From positions 25,574-89,573 of the forward strand of contig CBDBFU010000025.1 of assembly GCA_965205025.1 (NCBI GenBank): a DNA stretch of 64,000 nucleotides. Reading direction: 5' to 3'. The notes beneath the pieces are model-generated. The model did no database searches. It had not been told where the DNA came from and saw only the letters and a list, made by a program, of their open reading frames with translations. The position numbers and the translations under genes were made by a program. Numbering within the stretch: position 1 is the stretch's first letter; the number at the start of each line of letters is the position of its first letter. Positions 1 to 9,591 of the stretch are shown piece by piece. This DNA comes from Candidatus Poribacteria bacterium (lineage in GTDB: Bacteria; Poribacteria; WGA-4E; WGA-3G).

Positions 1-1024
1 TGTAGCCGTGTTTATTCTCAGGATTGACAACCCAAACGGTTGGTATATTTGATATTGGATTATAATGATTTTCTACTTTATCAACACTCTCAATAATTAC
101 ATCTGTAATATCGTTTGGATTTCCATTCAATGTCAATATCATTCCTTCATGATGTTGATTATGAGATAAATAGAATAGTTCTGAATAAGCAGATAGTCCT
201 CTATATTTAATTCCCCATCCATGAATACCTGGTGAATAAACAGAATGATTGAACATTCCATTTGAATCAGTTTCAATATTGAAATTCAATGGATATCCTT
301 GTGTCGTATCTTGAGTCAACCTTCCACCCTTGACTTCTAAAGATACATTTGCTAATGGTGTACCATCCAAAAATTGGATCTTACCGGACACATTGATAGG
401 TTTCTTTTCTTTTGTATTCATGATAATATCAATATCTTCAATATCTGAACCAGGTTTAATTGCGAATGTGACCGCTCCTGTAATAGAATTGGGAAGGAAT
501 TGGTATGGATAAAAGAATACTTTTCCATATCGAATTGCATTTATTTCTTGTGATGGTCTATAATCCTTGAGTTTTGGTTCGGCTATTTTCGAGTCTTCTT
601 CTTGTATAAGTTCAGATAATACCATTAATTGGACTGTACCAGATACAATTTTTCTAATTGTAAATTCTCCCTCTAAATTTGTCTTAGTCATTAGAAAAGG
701 TGGTTGGGGAAGCAATTGTTGTTCGTCTGGTATTACTTCTCCCAATTCATCATGAAAACTGGATGAACGCTGTCTTAAAAAAGGATATCGAGATCTGTCA
801 TATAATGTATCTAACTCACTAAATTCTCCAAACGTAACATAGAGAAGAACTACTGTTGTTGGCGCAACCGGTTCACCATAAGGAGTAATTACTCGTCCAG
901 TTAATGTTGCTGGTTTTTCCTCAGCTGCGAATGAAGAATTACCGAAAGTGAAAAATAAACTTAAAAAGGTCGAAATTGTAACACACTTTATTAGGTATTT
1001 ATTACTGTGGGATAGAATCATCAT
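1..1024 (-). CDS. Secreted carboxypeptidase-regulatory-like (Ig) domain + C-type lectin domain protein, runs off the window edge
   Basis: Not in the ORF track because it has no stop in the window. My partial translation from ATG 1024 gives MMILSHSNKYLIKCVTISTFLSLFFTFGNSSFAAEEKPATLTGRVITPYGEPV, and the window edge reads VWVVNPENKHGY, matching the three neighbouring paralogs. Confidence 0.8.
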   Translation of the reverse strand, partial: MMILSHSNKYLIKCVTISTFLSLFFTFGNSSFAAEEKPATLTGRVITPYGEPVAPTTVVLLYVTFGEFSELDTLYDRSRYPFLRQRSSSFHDELGEVIPDEQQLLPQPPFLMTKTNLEGEFTIRKIVSGTVQLMVLSELIQEEDSKIAEPKLKDYRPSQEINAIRYGKVFFYPYQFLPNSITGAVTFAIKPGSDIEDIDIIMNTKEKKPINVSGKIQFLDGTPLANVSLEVKGGRLTQDTTQGYPLNFNIETDSNGMFNHSVYSPGIHGWGIKYRGLSAYSELFYLSHNQHHEGMILTLNGNPNDITDVIIESVDKVENHYNPISNIPTVWVVNPENKHGY

Positions 1025-2213
1025 GCATGCCTTTTTCAATGATTGCATATTTTATGACACGACTTAGAATGTTACCGGGTTCAATTGCGACCCATTTCTT
1101 ATTTGAGAAATCCATAATAACTCCAATCGTCTTGTTTCCAGTAGTCGGATAATTTGGTCTCTTGCCGGTTCTCCAATTCTCATAAGTAAGTGGTTGTTTA
1201 TTATCCCAAATCCACTGTCCATCTTGCTTAGGTAAACTTAGACCTATCCAGAAACAGGTTTTCTCAGGAAATAGATTCTCAATCCATTTCTGTTCAACTT
1301 CATCATTGATAATAAGAAGATTGGCATTTTCGGCTTGTGCTATTGTTTTGGCATTCAGCAAACTATAACAATGAATCTTCTTATACAATCTTCCAGTAGA
1401 TGGGTTCTGTATCCATACTGTTTCAGGCTTTTTCTTTCTTTTATCATCTTTCACTACAAAAACAAGATCATCATATCGTTCTCCATCTTTAAGATTGATA
1501 TCATTAGATGTATGCGTAAAACCATTATAATTTATCGTCACGGTATATTTTGCAGGTTTGTCTTGCGAATATGTAACGAAATATCCTTCATTGTCAGTCA
1601 TAAAGGATCTTTTTAGACTTCCACCACTACTTCCTCTTCCTCCACCAGGTAGAATGTGTTCTCTAAAGGAATGAATTGAGAGTTCAATCTTCTCATTAAT
1701 CAAGGGTGTTCCATCTTCAAGAAGAACTTGTCCTCTAATTCTCATTCGGGGAGTCTTCACATTGACTGTTACATTCTCAAGGTGTTCACCCGGGGCAACA
1801 GAGAAGACAATTTTCCCAAATGATACTGGCATTGCTCTTCGAAAGGCGATGGAGTATATAATTACATCCCCAATTTCAACGGAGATAATTTCATGATCAG
1901 ATCCATGTTCAGGAAACAAAATGAATTGCGAGGAAACTGGTTCAATATTAGGTATAGAAAAACGTCCTTCCTTATCTGTAACATCTCTCAACCACGTCGG
2001 GAAAGGTGTACGTTGTTTCAAACCACCTCTCTCAACTTTACCAGGTTTTACGGCAATTACTATATTTGTAACCGGTTTACCATCAGCATCTATTACCTGT
2101 CCAGAAACACGTGACAAGTCTTGCTGTGCAAAACACACTGAGATAGAACTGAACATGCAGATAAATAGAATGTGAAGAAAAGCATACTTGGAATGTGTAT
2201 AAGTCATATTCAT
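1002..2213 (-). CDS. Secreted Ig-like (CarboxypepD_reg-type) x2 + C-type lectin domain protein
   Basis: Signal peptide ending CFA; SGQVIDADGKPV and IRGQVLLEDGTPL repeats; lectin motifs FWIGLS and WIWDNKQPLTYENW. Confidence 0.8.
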   Translation of the reverse strand: MNMTYTHSKYAFLHILFICMFSSISVCFAQQDLSRVSGQVIDADGKPVTNIVIAVKPGKVERGGLKQRTPFPTWLRDVTDKEGRFSIPNIEPVSSQFILFPEHGSDHEIISVEIGDVIIYSIAFRRAMPVSFGKIVFSVAPGEHLENVTVNVKTPRMRIRGQVLLEDGTPLINEKIELSIHSFREHILPGGGRGSSGGSLKRSFMTDNEGYFVTYSQDKPAKYTVTINYNGFTHTSNDINLKDGERYDDLVFVVKDDKRKKKPETVWIQNPSTGRLYKKIHCYSLLNAKTIAQAENANLLIINDEVEQKWIENLFPEKTCFWIGLSLPKQDGQWIWDNKQPLTYENWRTGKRPNYPTTGNKTIGVIMDFSNKKWVAIEPGNILSRVIKYAIIEKGMHDDSIPQ

Positions 2214-3442
2214 TCTATTTTTTTCTCCAAGATTGCCATTGATACCTGACCAACTCGACGTCCGCCAGTATTAATACCCTTCACCCATTTTCCACTTACA
2301 TCTCCCCATGTAGCATCACCAGACAAAATTGCATGATCATTCATTTCGTCTTCATGATGGGGTCTTCTATCCTCATTACCTAAGAAATTCAAAAAAGATA
2401 GAGGATGTTTTGTGAGTCGAAGCAGGTCTTTCTCAGGTACACCCCAATTGGTATAGGTTACAGGTTCGCCTGTCTCCCATTCCCATTTCCCTTCTATATT
2501 AGAATCCGTTAATCCAATCCAGTATGCTCTATGAGTAAAAACAGACTCAAGCCATATCTGTTCTTCCTCAGTTGTAATGGAAACAAGATGAGCGTTTTCT
2601 TTATTTGCAATGACTTTCGCATCAATCCAATCCTTACATTTAATCCATTTGTATGCATGACCATTTTCAGGGTTTACAATCCAAACCCCGGGTATATCTG
2701 GAACTCCATAATAGTCTCGGGAACTATTATCATTTGATAAGTCAGTCACAAGTTCATCCAGATCATTAGGACCACCATCTAATCTTAACACTATGGATTC
2801 ATGCTGTATATTTTCATCAATGAAGAAAGGTGTTGATTCGAACTTTAATCCACGATAGTTAATGGATAATACATATACGCCTTGTGAGTATACAATATTT
2901 TTGAAATTTCCTTTCGAATCGGTCTGTAAGGTCTTTTTAAACCTGGATCCACTATCAGACCCAGTTGATAATGTATCAAAGTTAATCTGTACAAAAGTAT
3001 CGGCGAGTGGCTTACCGTCCTTGAACACAATCTGGCCTTTGATCCTAAGTCGAGGTGATGCAATGACTTCAATGTTATCAATATTTGATCCTGGTTTTAA
3101 AGCATAATTGAGGGTATCAAGCCGATCCCATCCATGATAGTAGAATGCTATATTACCAAACTTGATTGCACGAACATTAATCTTGTCATAAATGTTAAAT
3201 TGGGTATGGCTTGAAGGTATATTCATGATAGTAAACCGTCCATTAGAATCAGTAGTTGATATTATAACTCCAATTCCAATAGCAATATCAGATATTGGTT
3301 CACCATTTGATGTAATGACTCGACCGGAAACCATTGCAGGTTGATTCTGTGCGTTAGCTTCTCCTGTAATTAGTAGAATTGGAACAAGAGTAATTATTGA
3401 CAATATGAATTTACAGATTCTATTGTTAATATATGACATCAT
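2210..3442 (-). CDS. Secreted Ig-like x2 + C-type lectin domain protein
   Basis: Signal peptide ending ANA; SGRVITSNGEPI; NPENGHAY and YWIGLTDSNIEGKWEWETGEPVTYTNW form a canonical C-type lectin core. Confidence 0.85.
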   Translation of the reverse strand: MMSYINNRICKFILSIITLVPILLITGEANAQNQPAMVSGRVITSNGEPISDIAIGIGVIISTTDSNGRFTIMNIPSSHTQFNIYDKINVRAIKFGNIAFYYHGWDRLDTLNYALKPGSNIDNIEVIASPRLRIKGQIVFKDGKPLADTFVQINFDTLSTGSDSGSRFKKTLQTDSKGNFKNIVYSQGVYVLSINYRGLKFESTPFFIDENIQHESIVLRLDGGPNDLDELVTDLSNDNSSRDYYGVPDIPGVWIVNPENGHAYKWIKCKDWIDAKVIANKENAHLVSITTEEEQIWLESVFTHRAYWIGLTDSNIEGKWEWETGEPVTYTNWGVPEKDLLRLTKHPLSFLNFLGNEDRRPHHEDEMNDHAILSGDATWGDVSGKWVKGINTGGRRVGQVSMAILEKKIE

Positions 3443-3551
3443 GGAAATCTCCTTTTACTGAGAAGAATTACTACTGATGGAGAATAGTTAATTGAATATA
3501 GGTATAAAATGTCCAATTATTGAATTATTTTAAACTCCTCAAACCTATAGA

Positions 3552-4778
3552 TTAAAATTTATCCTTTTCCAATATTGCATGCTTGACGAATTGGTAGAGA
3601 GGGTTGTTATCCTCTATTGGAATCCATTTCTTATTAGAAAAAAGAAGTGCTACCGATACATTCGATTTACCGTTGTATTCCTTTTGATATATATCGGTAT
3701 GCCAATTTGTATATTTGATAGGATTTCCGTTATTCCACATCCATGACTTATCTTTTTCAGGCGTCTGTAAACCAATCCAAAAGAATACTCTTTTCGTAAA
3801 TCTTGCCTCTATCCATTTCTGTTCTGCTTCATCTTCTATCGTAAGAAGATATGCATTTTCCGCTTTTGCTTTTATTAAGGCATCATTCCAACTACTACAT
3901 TCTATTTTTTTATATGCATGGTTGTTTTCAGGATTGACTGACCACATTTCCTTACGCATTTTCTCTCTATCTTCTTGTAGTTTAAGCTCTTTTTTAAGAC
4001 CTTTTAGTCGTAAAGTGAGATTATCTTTACGTTGTCCTTTTTTGAGTCGAAACCATCTCGTTTTAGCATATACCCCCTTGTACTTAACCGACACACAGTA
4101 TTCCTCATTATCATCAGGGGCATAGGAAACATAATATCCATGTGCATCTGTTGTGACAATTCTTCCTGAAGATCCTCCACTTCCACCAGAACTAAAGAAA
4201 AATAGGAATGTGTCCCGGTCTCTTCTGTGTACAGTTAAACTTATCTCTGTATTTGTAAGTGGTGTTCCATCATTGAAGAGTATTCTACCACTGACACGCA
4301 TTCTCGGTTCTTGTACATTTACAATTACATCTTCAACTGACTGTCCTGGATCAATTGCAAATGTTGGTTTTCCAAACCAAGTGGGGTGACTTTGACGAAA
4401 GGCTGTAGAATGAATGGAAATATCCCCAATCTCAATCGAGATTATCTCATAAGGTGACCCAAGTTCTGGTAGAATGACGAATCGTGATGGACCAGGTGAT
4501 ATGTTAGTTAGTCTAAATGAACCATCCTTATCTGTTGCGGTTTTAGACCAAGATGAAAACGGTTCACGCAATCCTTCTTCGGATCCTCTTTTCATTATAA
4601 CAGGTTTGATGGCAAGATCTATACCTGCAACCGGATCACCTTTTGAATCCACCACATGACCAGAGATGCTTGATTTATTATCCTGAGCACGAGTATGCCA
4701 ACAAACTGCGAAGGAAAGGATTAGAATTACAATGAAAATGTAGGAATGTCTATGATATAGGCTTTTCATTATCTTCAC
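3552..4778 (-). CDS. Secreted Ig-like x2 + C-type lectin domain protein
   Basis: Signal peptide ending TRA; SGHVVDSKGDPV; NPENNHAY, FWIGLQ, YTNW; paralog of 1002..2213. Confidence 0.8.
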   Translation of the reverse strand: MKIMKSLYHRHSYIFIVILILSFAVCWHTRAQDNKSSISGHVVDSKGDPVAGIDLAIKPVIMKRGSEEGLREPFSSWSKTATDKDGSFRLTNISPGPSRFVILPELGSPYEIISIEIGDISIHSTAFRQSHPTWFGKPTFAIDPGQSVEDVIVNVQEPRMRVSGRILFNDGTPLTNTEISLTVHRRDRDTFLFFFSSGGSGGSSGRIVTTDAHGYYVSYAPDDNEEYCVSVKYKGVYAKTRWFRLKKGQRKDNLTLRLKGLKKELKLQEDREKMRKEMWSVNPENNHAYKKIECSSWNDALIKAKAENAYLLTIEDEAEQKWIEARFTKRVFFWIGLQTPEKDKSWMWNNGNPIKYTNWHTDIYQKEYNGKSNVSVALLFSNKKWIPIEDNNPLYQFVKHAILEKDKF

Positions 4779-4824
4779 TCCTTATAGATTTAAATGAAAG
4801 TTAAACAAACTGTTTAGGGTTCTT

Positions 4825-4916
4825 GATTCGGAGATCGCTTCTACAGAAGAGCAAATATTAGACCTAATTAAACGCTAAATTGACACCCTTGGTGTGGTTA
4901 AGAAATCGTATCTACC
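4825..4916. repeat. Two GTAG-type REP-like remnants
   Basis: 4825-4851 reverse complement CTCTTCTGTAGAAGCGATCTCCGAATC resembles 33531-33551 and 33992-34022. 4892-4916 GTGTGGTTAAGAAATCGTATCTACC is a decayed copy of 27731-27755 GTGCGGTTAGGAAACCGCACCTACC. Confidence 0.65.
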
Positions 4917-4953
4917 AGAGATATTATTAATCAAAATGGTATAGGATAGCATC

Positions 4954-5352
4954 TTATAGAAATACCATTGGATTAACATCAAACTTGTTTGCTAAGGAAT
5001 GAATATGTCTTACAGTTAATTCCGTATCACCCGTTAGTATTGCTAATACAGTATTAGGAGGACCGAGTTCAGGAAAATCAGACGGTTCGAGATGAAGTTC
5101 TTCCATAAAATACTTTATGATCTCAATTCCACTACATTCTGGAATTGGATGGTATTTCTCTTCATAAGCATGTATGAGAGTTCCAAGTATATCAAGCAGT
5201 TCATAGAGTGGGTGCTCTTCATTTGTCCCTACTTCATCAACCAACTCATTTAAAGCTGCAACCGCTTTTTTGTATTCGACTTCATTTCGTATTGAAAAGA
5301 GTGGTTGAACTACCTGCCAATGAGTCTGTATATCTTTACCAATGATATTCAT
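4954..5352 (-). CDS. HigA-like antitoxin / HTH protein (orphan)
   Basis: IRNEVEYKKAV, LLDILGTLIHAYEEKY and LTVRHIHSLANKF resemble HigA (YgjM-type); no toxin ORF is adjacent. Confidence 0.75.
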   Translation of the reverse strand: MNIIGKDIQTHWQVVQPLFSIRNEVEYKKAVAALNELVDEVGTNEEHPLYELLDILGTLIHAYEEKYHPIPECSGIEIIKYFMEELHLEPSDFPELGPPNTVLAILTGDTELTVRHIHSLANKFDVNPMVFL

Positions 5353-5366
5353 TCTTCCGAAATAAA

Positions 5367-6755
5367 CTATTCCTCTGCAAATTGAGGCCTACCAAGTGCG
5401 TCCGTCCTACCCTGTCGTTTATAATGTGGAAGATGACCGTCTGCATCTGCTAAGATGCGTTCATGTGCAAGTGCAATTCGGTCTATTCCCTTTTCAGTAA
5501 TATCGTTTTGACATGTTGGATCAGCTTCAAGATCAAAGAGACGGGTCCCACTATTGAGATCCACGCTTGAGAAATACCAACTCTTAGCATCTTTATACCA
5601 TACTGAGTTGACATATCGGCATGTAAGATATTCCCGTGAATTGAAGCCACTCTTCCCTTCCACGAGTGGGAGGAGACTTTGACCGTGCAATTCACCTGCA
5701 GGTTCAACTTCACTTGCTGCCATTACGGTTGCAGGGACATCAACTGTATAAACGAATTCATCGCAGATAGTGCCAGCATTAATGCCATCAGGATGTCGTA
5801 CTAACAAGGGTATATCCATTGTTCCTGGATACATGAAATTAGCAGGTTTACCAGTTGCTTTATCTGGATTTTCTGCGAAATTGGTGCCGTGATCACTTAG
5901 GAAGATAATTAGAGTATTGTCCCGTAATCCAAGTCTGTCAATAGTGTCGACAAGTCTTCCGAACCATGTGTCTACAAGTGTAACTAACCCAGCATAGTTT
6001 GCTTTTACACTTGGGAGACGGTTCTCAAGTTCTTCATTATTTAACGAACCGTATGGTAGGTTAAGACAGATTGGTTCGCGGTCCTCTCTACTACCATATA
6101 GATCATAGTAATGGAGTGGTGCTTCCCATGTTTCATGGGGTGTGAAACCGTCTACATATAGGTAAAATGGCGTATTCTTATTGTTGTGTTCCACAAATTC
6201 TATAGCTGATCGGAACAATCTTGCTGTTGGCCAAGTTTCCTCGGGACGTTCAGGTTGAACATTCATAATATGGGAACGTATGCGTGGTTCATTTCCCCGA
6301 TATCTGGCAACTTGCTTAGGATCTACATTTGCGCCGCCTCGGTATCTATCTTCAGCTTGTCCGCGTACAAATTGCCATTGGCGGAATCCACGTGTGAAGT
6401 TCATTCCTGGAACAAAATAGTGTGGAACATCTGCAAAGAATCCTGTTTGATACCCGTTTTGTACCAATGATTCAGCAATCGCAGGTTCGTCTGATGACAT
6501 AGGTTGCCATCCGGGAGTATAGACATTATCCCAAGGCACAGGATTATATGTTTTAAATGGATAAATTCGTCTACCTGTATGTAGGGTGCGCCGCGTAGGT
6601 ATGGTCGGTAGAACTTCTGGATGTGCATTGGTAAACCTGACCCCCTGTTCTGCAAAACGTGCTAAATTTGGGGTATGTACCCAGTCATTACCATACGGAC
6701 TTAAATAGGCTGTACGGAGTGTATCTGAAACTACAACTACAATGTTCCAACTCAT
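5367..6755 (-). CDS. Sulfatase-like hydrolase (alkaline phosphatase superfamily)
   Basis: N-terminal NIVVVVSDTLR, xxPTR..LHTGR active-site region, PHETW, IIFLSDHG; no signal peptide. Confidence 0.85.
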   Translation of the reverse strand: MSWNIVVVVSDTLRTAYLSPYGNDWVHTPNLARFAEQGVRFTNAHPEVLPTIPTRRTLHTGRRIYPFKTYNPVPWDNVYTPGWQPMSSDEPAIAESLVQNGYQTGFFADVPHYFVPGMNFTRGFRQWQFVRGQAEDRYRGGANVDPKQVARYRGNEPRIRSHIMNVQPERPEETWPTARLFRSAIEFVEHNNKNTPFYLYVDGFTPHETWEAPLHYYDLYGSREDREPICLNLPYGSLNNEELENRLPSVKANYAGLVTLVDTWFGRLVDTIDRLGLRDNTLIIFLSDHGTNFAENPDKATGKPANFMYPGTMDIPLLVRHPDGINAGTICDEFVYTVDVPATVMAASEVEPAGELHGQSLLPLVEGKSGFNSREYLTCRYVNSVWYKDAKSWYFSSVDLNSGTRLFDLEADPTCQNDITEKGIDRIALAHERILADADGHLPHYKRQGRTDALGRPQFAEE

Positions 6756-6825
6756 GTATATCCTCCAAGAAAATATTAATTATGATAGGTGATATAAGGT
6801 TTTCGATGATATAATTCTGTGTATT

Positions 6826-7125
6826 TTACGCGGTATAATCAAATACCAATACATCGTCAACAAGTGGACGAATATGTTCACCTGCGACTTTTTTGTGATA
6901 AGGATGTGGTAGGTATGTATCTCTCGCTGCTTCATCTGTAAAACGCACAATAAAGCCAAATTCATATCCTTGACTCTTACCTTCAGGACTGTGGTTTGTT
7001 CCGAAAGTTATAGACTCTATTCCAGGAATTTCATCTGACATAGACATCAAGGCGTCTGACATAGTACTTAATTGTACATCATTAACATCTGACTTTAACT
7101 TAAGTAGAACGATATGTTCAACCAT
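6826..7125 (-). CDS. Dabb family stress-responsive alpha/beta barrel protein
   Basis: MVEHIVLLKLK, IPGI, YLPHPYH, VLVFDY. Start moved to ATG 7125 from the ORF-track start at 7200. Confidence 0.85.
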   Translation of the reverse strand: MVEHIVLLKLKSDVNDVQLSTMSDALMSMSDEIPGIESITFGTNHSPEGKSQGYEFGFIVRFTDEAARDTYLPHPYHKKVAGEHIRPLVDDVLVFDYTA

Positions 7126-7352
7126 TTCAATGCTCCGATCTGATTTGATTTTGTTGTTTTCATAATTATATAAGGAAGGTGAACATGGAACACGGATCAA
7201 TTATTCGCAGTCCGTTATACCTTCCACAAAAGATCAAGGACTTCGTATGAGACAAGATGTATGGTAAATTAATTGAATGATGGTATATACTATTAGTATC
7301 TCACATACACTCATTAACATCAAGATATTTGTCCTATAAGCACTTAATACAT

Positions 7353-7388
7353 ATTCTACTCTGGGATTGGGAAGATATTATTAAGTAA
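7353..7388 (+). pseudogene. Remnant 3' end of a WD40 array gene
   Basis: ATT CTA CTC TGG GAT TGG GAA GAT ATT ATT AAG TAA = ILLWDWEDIIK*, the conserved terminal motif of all downstream WD40 paralogs, with no upstream gene body. Confidence 0.7.
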
Positions 7389-7404
7389 AATAATAGGGAA
7401 AACT

Positions 7405-9444
7405 ATGAAGACACTTAACCTTATTTGTATCACACTGCTATTATTCACCACATACTTATCAGATAACCAAGCAGAAGAGTATGCACAAACAGGATTACCC
7501 GATGGTGCCTATGCACGGTTAGGTAAGGGAAATATCAATGTGATGCGTTTTACGCCAGATGGAACACACTTGGCTGTGGGAACAGATGCTGCTCTGTTGG
7601 TTTATAATATAAAAACTGGTGCTGAAACAATTCTCTCAGTTGGAGAGAAGATGAAAAATCAGATCCTTGCATTTACTCCTGAGGGGAAAATCCTTGCTTC
7701 TACGGGGGAAGGTGAGTCTGCAATCAAATTTTGGGATTGGAAAAATTCTAAGCAACTAAAGAATCTAACCATAACACATAAGTTTTTAGGAATTTCTGAC
7801 TTGTGCTTTGATGATGATAAAACCCTTATCATTCTCTCAAGTAATGGTCATATTAGAAAGTGGGACATTAACAGTTCTCAGGAAATTTCAAGAACACAAT
7901 TTAATAACACAAAGTCAGAAAAGGTAATTTCCCAAGATGGTAGTATTTATGTCAGTGGTGACCCAGTTCAAGGGAGAATAAGGATCTGGAGTATTTCGCA
8001 AGGTAAATTGGGTAATGAACTTATGGTCAAACAAGATGGTATAATTCAAAAGTCAGTCAAAAGTTTGTTTCAATCCAATGATAAGAATGGCAAAAATAAG
8101 AATGGAATACGTAGAATTGCGATTTCAACTGATAAGAAACAAATAGTAAGTTATCATAAGGATAACATTGTTCGATTATGGGATACTACATCAAAGAATC
8201 AAAGGATTTTATTTAGACTTCAATCCGGTCACGTGAATGCCATGACGTTTTCTTTTGACAATAGATTCCTTGCAATTGGAAAAACTGATAAGACAATACC
8301 GATGTGGGATTTAATCAATAAACGTCCCCATACTCTTCTCAAGGGGCATAAAAAGGGAATTCAGGCACTTGCCTTTTCTCCGAATGAAGATGGTCTCATT
8401 GCAAGTGGAAGTAGTGATGGAACTATCCGTTTATGGAATTCTATATCTGGTGTTGAACGTGGTATAATTGCAACAGGTTATTCTGATTCAATTGAAACCC
8501 TTGCTTTTACGATGGATAACAACACTCTTTATACTGCCACCGAAAGTGGACTTGTGCAACATTGGCATGCAAAAACAGGTAGAGAAATTGGGACTCCATT
8601 CTATAGTGAAGAAGATTGTTTTATTGGTGTTACATTCTCTCATGACATGAAATACTTTGTATATCAAGGTGGCAGAAAAGTTCCCTCAAAATCCAATGGT
8701 GGATATAATCTTGATCTTACTGGGAAAGGGATAAGGCTATGGTATATTCCTCCCTGGAAAGAAAATCTAACCCCTGCCTGGAAAGAAAAACTAACCATAC
8801 CGAGTACACCCTTATCCGTTACTTTTTCACCGGACAATCGATTCATAGGCACATCATCATATCCGGATGGAATAGTTCTATGGGATGTTAATACGGGTGA
8901 AAAATCCATTGTGTTTCATCCTGAGAAAGGGAGATTTAGAATACCTCTGTTTTCTCCAAATGGTGTATTACTTGTGCTGTATGGTAGTCGTGACCCAATT
9001 GAAGCCTGGAATCTTATCAACCAGGAAGCGGTACCAGTAGCCAACAATAATGATTTATACTCAATAACATTTTCACCTGACAGTAAGCTGCTTGCTGCAA
9101 AGGATTCCAATGGGATTGTACTTTTTGATGTCACACCAAATGAGATAACATACCGTACATCACTTACACCTAAGGATAATAGTGGATCTGGCAGGTTATT
9201 ATTATTTTCTCCAGACGCGAAAATACTCTTAGAATCACGTTCAAGTGGTCAAAATCACAACATCAGATTATGGGATGTGGAGTCTAAGACTGAAATTGGT
9301 TCAATCACAGGACATGTCAACTACATACAGACTATGACGTTTTCTCATGATGGTAAGATACTCGCAAGTAGTGCGTCTAATGGTGCAGTATTATTATGGG
9401 ACTGGGAAAAAATAGAAGAGTCTATGGGGTTAAACAAGGAATAA
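7405..9444 (+). CDS. Secreted WD40-repeat beta-propeller protein (array member 1)
   Basis: Signal peptide, LPDGAYARLGKG, repeated GH...FSP...SGS.DGTIRLW, terminal LLWDW. Confidence 0.9.
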   Translation: MKTLNLICITLLLFTTYLSDNQAEEYAQTGLPDGAYARLGKGNINVMRFTPDGTHLAVGTDAALLVYNIKTGAETILSVGEKMKNQILAFTPEGKILASTGEGESAIKFWDWKNSKQLKNLTITHKFLGISDLCFDDDKTLIILSSNGHIRKWDINSSQEISRTQFNNTKSEKVISQDGSIYVSGDPVQGRIRIWSISQGKLGNELMVKQDGIIQKSVKSLFQSNDKNGKNKNGIRRIAISTDKKQIVSYHKDNIVRLWDTTSKNQRILFRLQSGHVNAMTFSFDNRFLAIGKTDKTIPMWDLINKRPHTLLKGHKKGIQALAFSPNEDGLIASGSSDGTIRLWNSISGVERGIIATGYSDSIETLAFTMDNNTLYTATESGLVQHWHAKTGREIGTPFYSEEDCFIGVTFSHDMKYFVYQGGRKVPSKSNGGYNLDLTGKGIRLWYIPPWKENLTPAWKEKLTIPSTPLSVTFSPDNRFIGTSSYPDGIVLWDVNTGEKSIVFHPEKGRFRIPLFSPNGVLLVLYGSRDPIEAWNLINQEAVPVANNNDLYSITFSPDSKLLAAKDSNGIVLFDVTPNEITYRTSLTPKDNSGSGRLLLFSPDAKILLESRSSGQNHNIRLWDVESKTEIGSITGHVNYIQTMTFSHDGKILASSASNGAVLLWDWEKIEESMGLNKE

Positions 9445-9591
9445 ACAGAAATATCCATTTAAAAGAAGATTATTCACTTGCCATTTATACTTGATACTAT
9501 CCTATTCTACTTTCTTGTATCAATTTAACAATACAATTTAAACTTTGATACAATAATATACAAGGCAATCTGATTATTACAATAGGAACTT

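Noticed and set aside
1-4778. Diversity-generating retroelement acting on the lectin domains
   Set aside because: No reverse transcriptase and no near-identical template/variable repeat pair with adenine-specific differences was seen.
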